Shown here in pieces: positions 57,820 through 58,388 of a DNA stretch of 58,388 nt. The DNA is taken from positions 1-58,388 of the forward strand of contig JAUVHW010000001.1 of NCBI GenBank assembly GCA_030593075.1, written 5' to 3'. The notes under the pieces were generated by a model that made no database searches, was not told the DNA's origin, and worked only from the letters and a program-made list of their open reading frames with translations. This DNA is from Ardenticatenales bacterium (lineage in GTDB: Bacteria > Chloroflexota > Anaerolineae > Promineifilales > UBA4811). Positions within the stretch are counted from its first letter, which is position 1. The number at the start of each line of letters is the position of its first letter. The translations under genes were made by a program, and so were the position numbers.

Positions 57820-58388
57820 TCGGTCTCTCTCCTACAAGGCGGCCACTGGCCCAGAATTGAGCTGCCGGCCCGGACCTTGTCGCCGAGCTGTACGCGCACC
57901 CGAGTGTCAGGTGGGAGGAAAAGATCGACGCGCGAGCCGAACCGGATTAGACCAATCCGTTGCCCACGTTCAAGACAAGTACCCACCGGTGCATAGTTGA
58001 CGCAGCGCCGGGCCATTATACCAGCAATCTGCTTGACCAACACCTTCTGCTTTCCAGCCTGGATGCCTATCAAGGTGTGCTCGTTGACCTCGGAAGCCTC
58101 CGGCCGAAAGGCCTGCACGAATCTACCCGGCACGTGGCGCACCAGCCTGACCTCCCCCTCAACCGGCGAGCGGTTGACGTGCACGTTCCACAGCGACATA
58201 AAGGTGCTGACTCGTAGGGCCGGACCCCTGACGAACACGGGTTCGTCCAGATTGTCAATCGCGACTACCTCGCCATCGGCCGGGGCCAGGATCAGCCTCT
58301 CGTCCTCTGGGATTACTCGCTCGGGGTCGCGGAAGAAGATGAGAACGGTTCCCCACAGGAGCACGAACACGATGAGCAGCAGGCTGCC
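57816..58388 (-). CDS. psd: phosphatidylserine decarboxylase proenzyme (short form), N-terminus beyond the right edge
   Basis: LIRFGSRVDLFLP contains the G-S self-cleavage site. The frame stays open to the last base of the window. There is a 4-nt overlap with pssA. Confidence 0.85.
   Translation of the reverse strand, partial: GSLLLIVFVLLWGTVLIFFRDPERVIPEDERLILAPADGEVVAIDNLDEPVFVRGPALRVSTFMSLWNVHVNRSPVEGEVRLVRHVPGRFVQAFRPEASEVNEHTLIGIQAGKQKVLVKQIAGIMARRCVNYAPVGTCLERGQRIGLIRFGSRVDLFLPPDTRVRVQLGDKVRAGSSILGQWPPCRRETE

Overview
58.4-kb high-GC bacterial chromosomal segment, densely coding and mostly on the minus strand. I saw no rRNA, tRNA, CRISPR array, transposase or integrase. All family calls come from motifs read in the ORF translations; no database search was run. 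Membrane or lipid anchors followed by Thr/Pro-rich linkers, and the VWA/solute-binding-like proteins, are reminiscent of Chloroflexota or Actinomycetota, but this is unverified.

Ordinary content, left to right:
- a decayed toxin-antitoxin locus
- two tandem HAD hydrolases
- a SAM methyltransferase
- an orphan N4/N6-type DNA methyltransferase with unusual motif order
- a YbaK-like deacylase
- a metallophosphoesterase broken by one in-frame TAG
- an orphan LivJ-like lipoprotein
- a PspA-centred envelope module with VWA and solute-binding-like proteins
- a P-loop NTPase fused to a C-terminal OmpR-type winged helix
- a 2-hydroxyacid cluster (Ldh_2 family, LarA-like, GlcF-like, GlcD-like)
- a biotin-enzyme cluster (biotin carboxylase, two carrier proteins, 12S-like and 5S-like carboxyltransferases, cupin), with a second 12S-like paralog
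- fabF-fabH
- a REC-GAF-GAF-PAS protein with a His-less DHp remnant, divergent from glnA
- psd-pssA-DUF374

The stand-out is a roughly 16-kb, tightly packed minus-strand operon (14177-30180) behind a near-consensus promoter. It encodes:
- three membrane proteins
- a 682-aa and a 2885-aa paralogous pair that open with a double zinc ribbon and continue as very long acidic Glu/Ala/Pro-rich arrays of Trp-anchored short motifs (xPDWL, TGELxxW[VI][DE], DWLGDIVRRHG); only the giant one ends in a TM-loop-TM membrane module
- a GlmL/MutL-family ASKHA-fold protein with no mutase partner
- a barrel-sandwich/KOW-like protein

I could not assign this ensemble to any described system. It is my candidate for something new.
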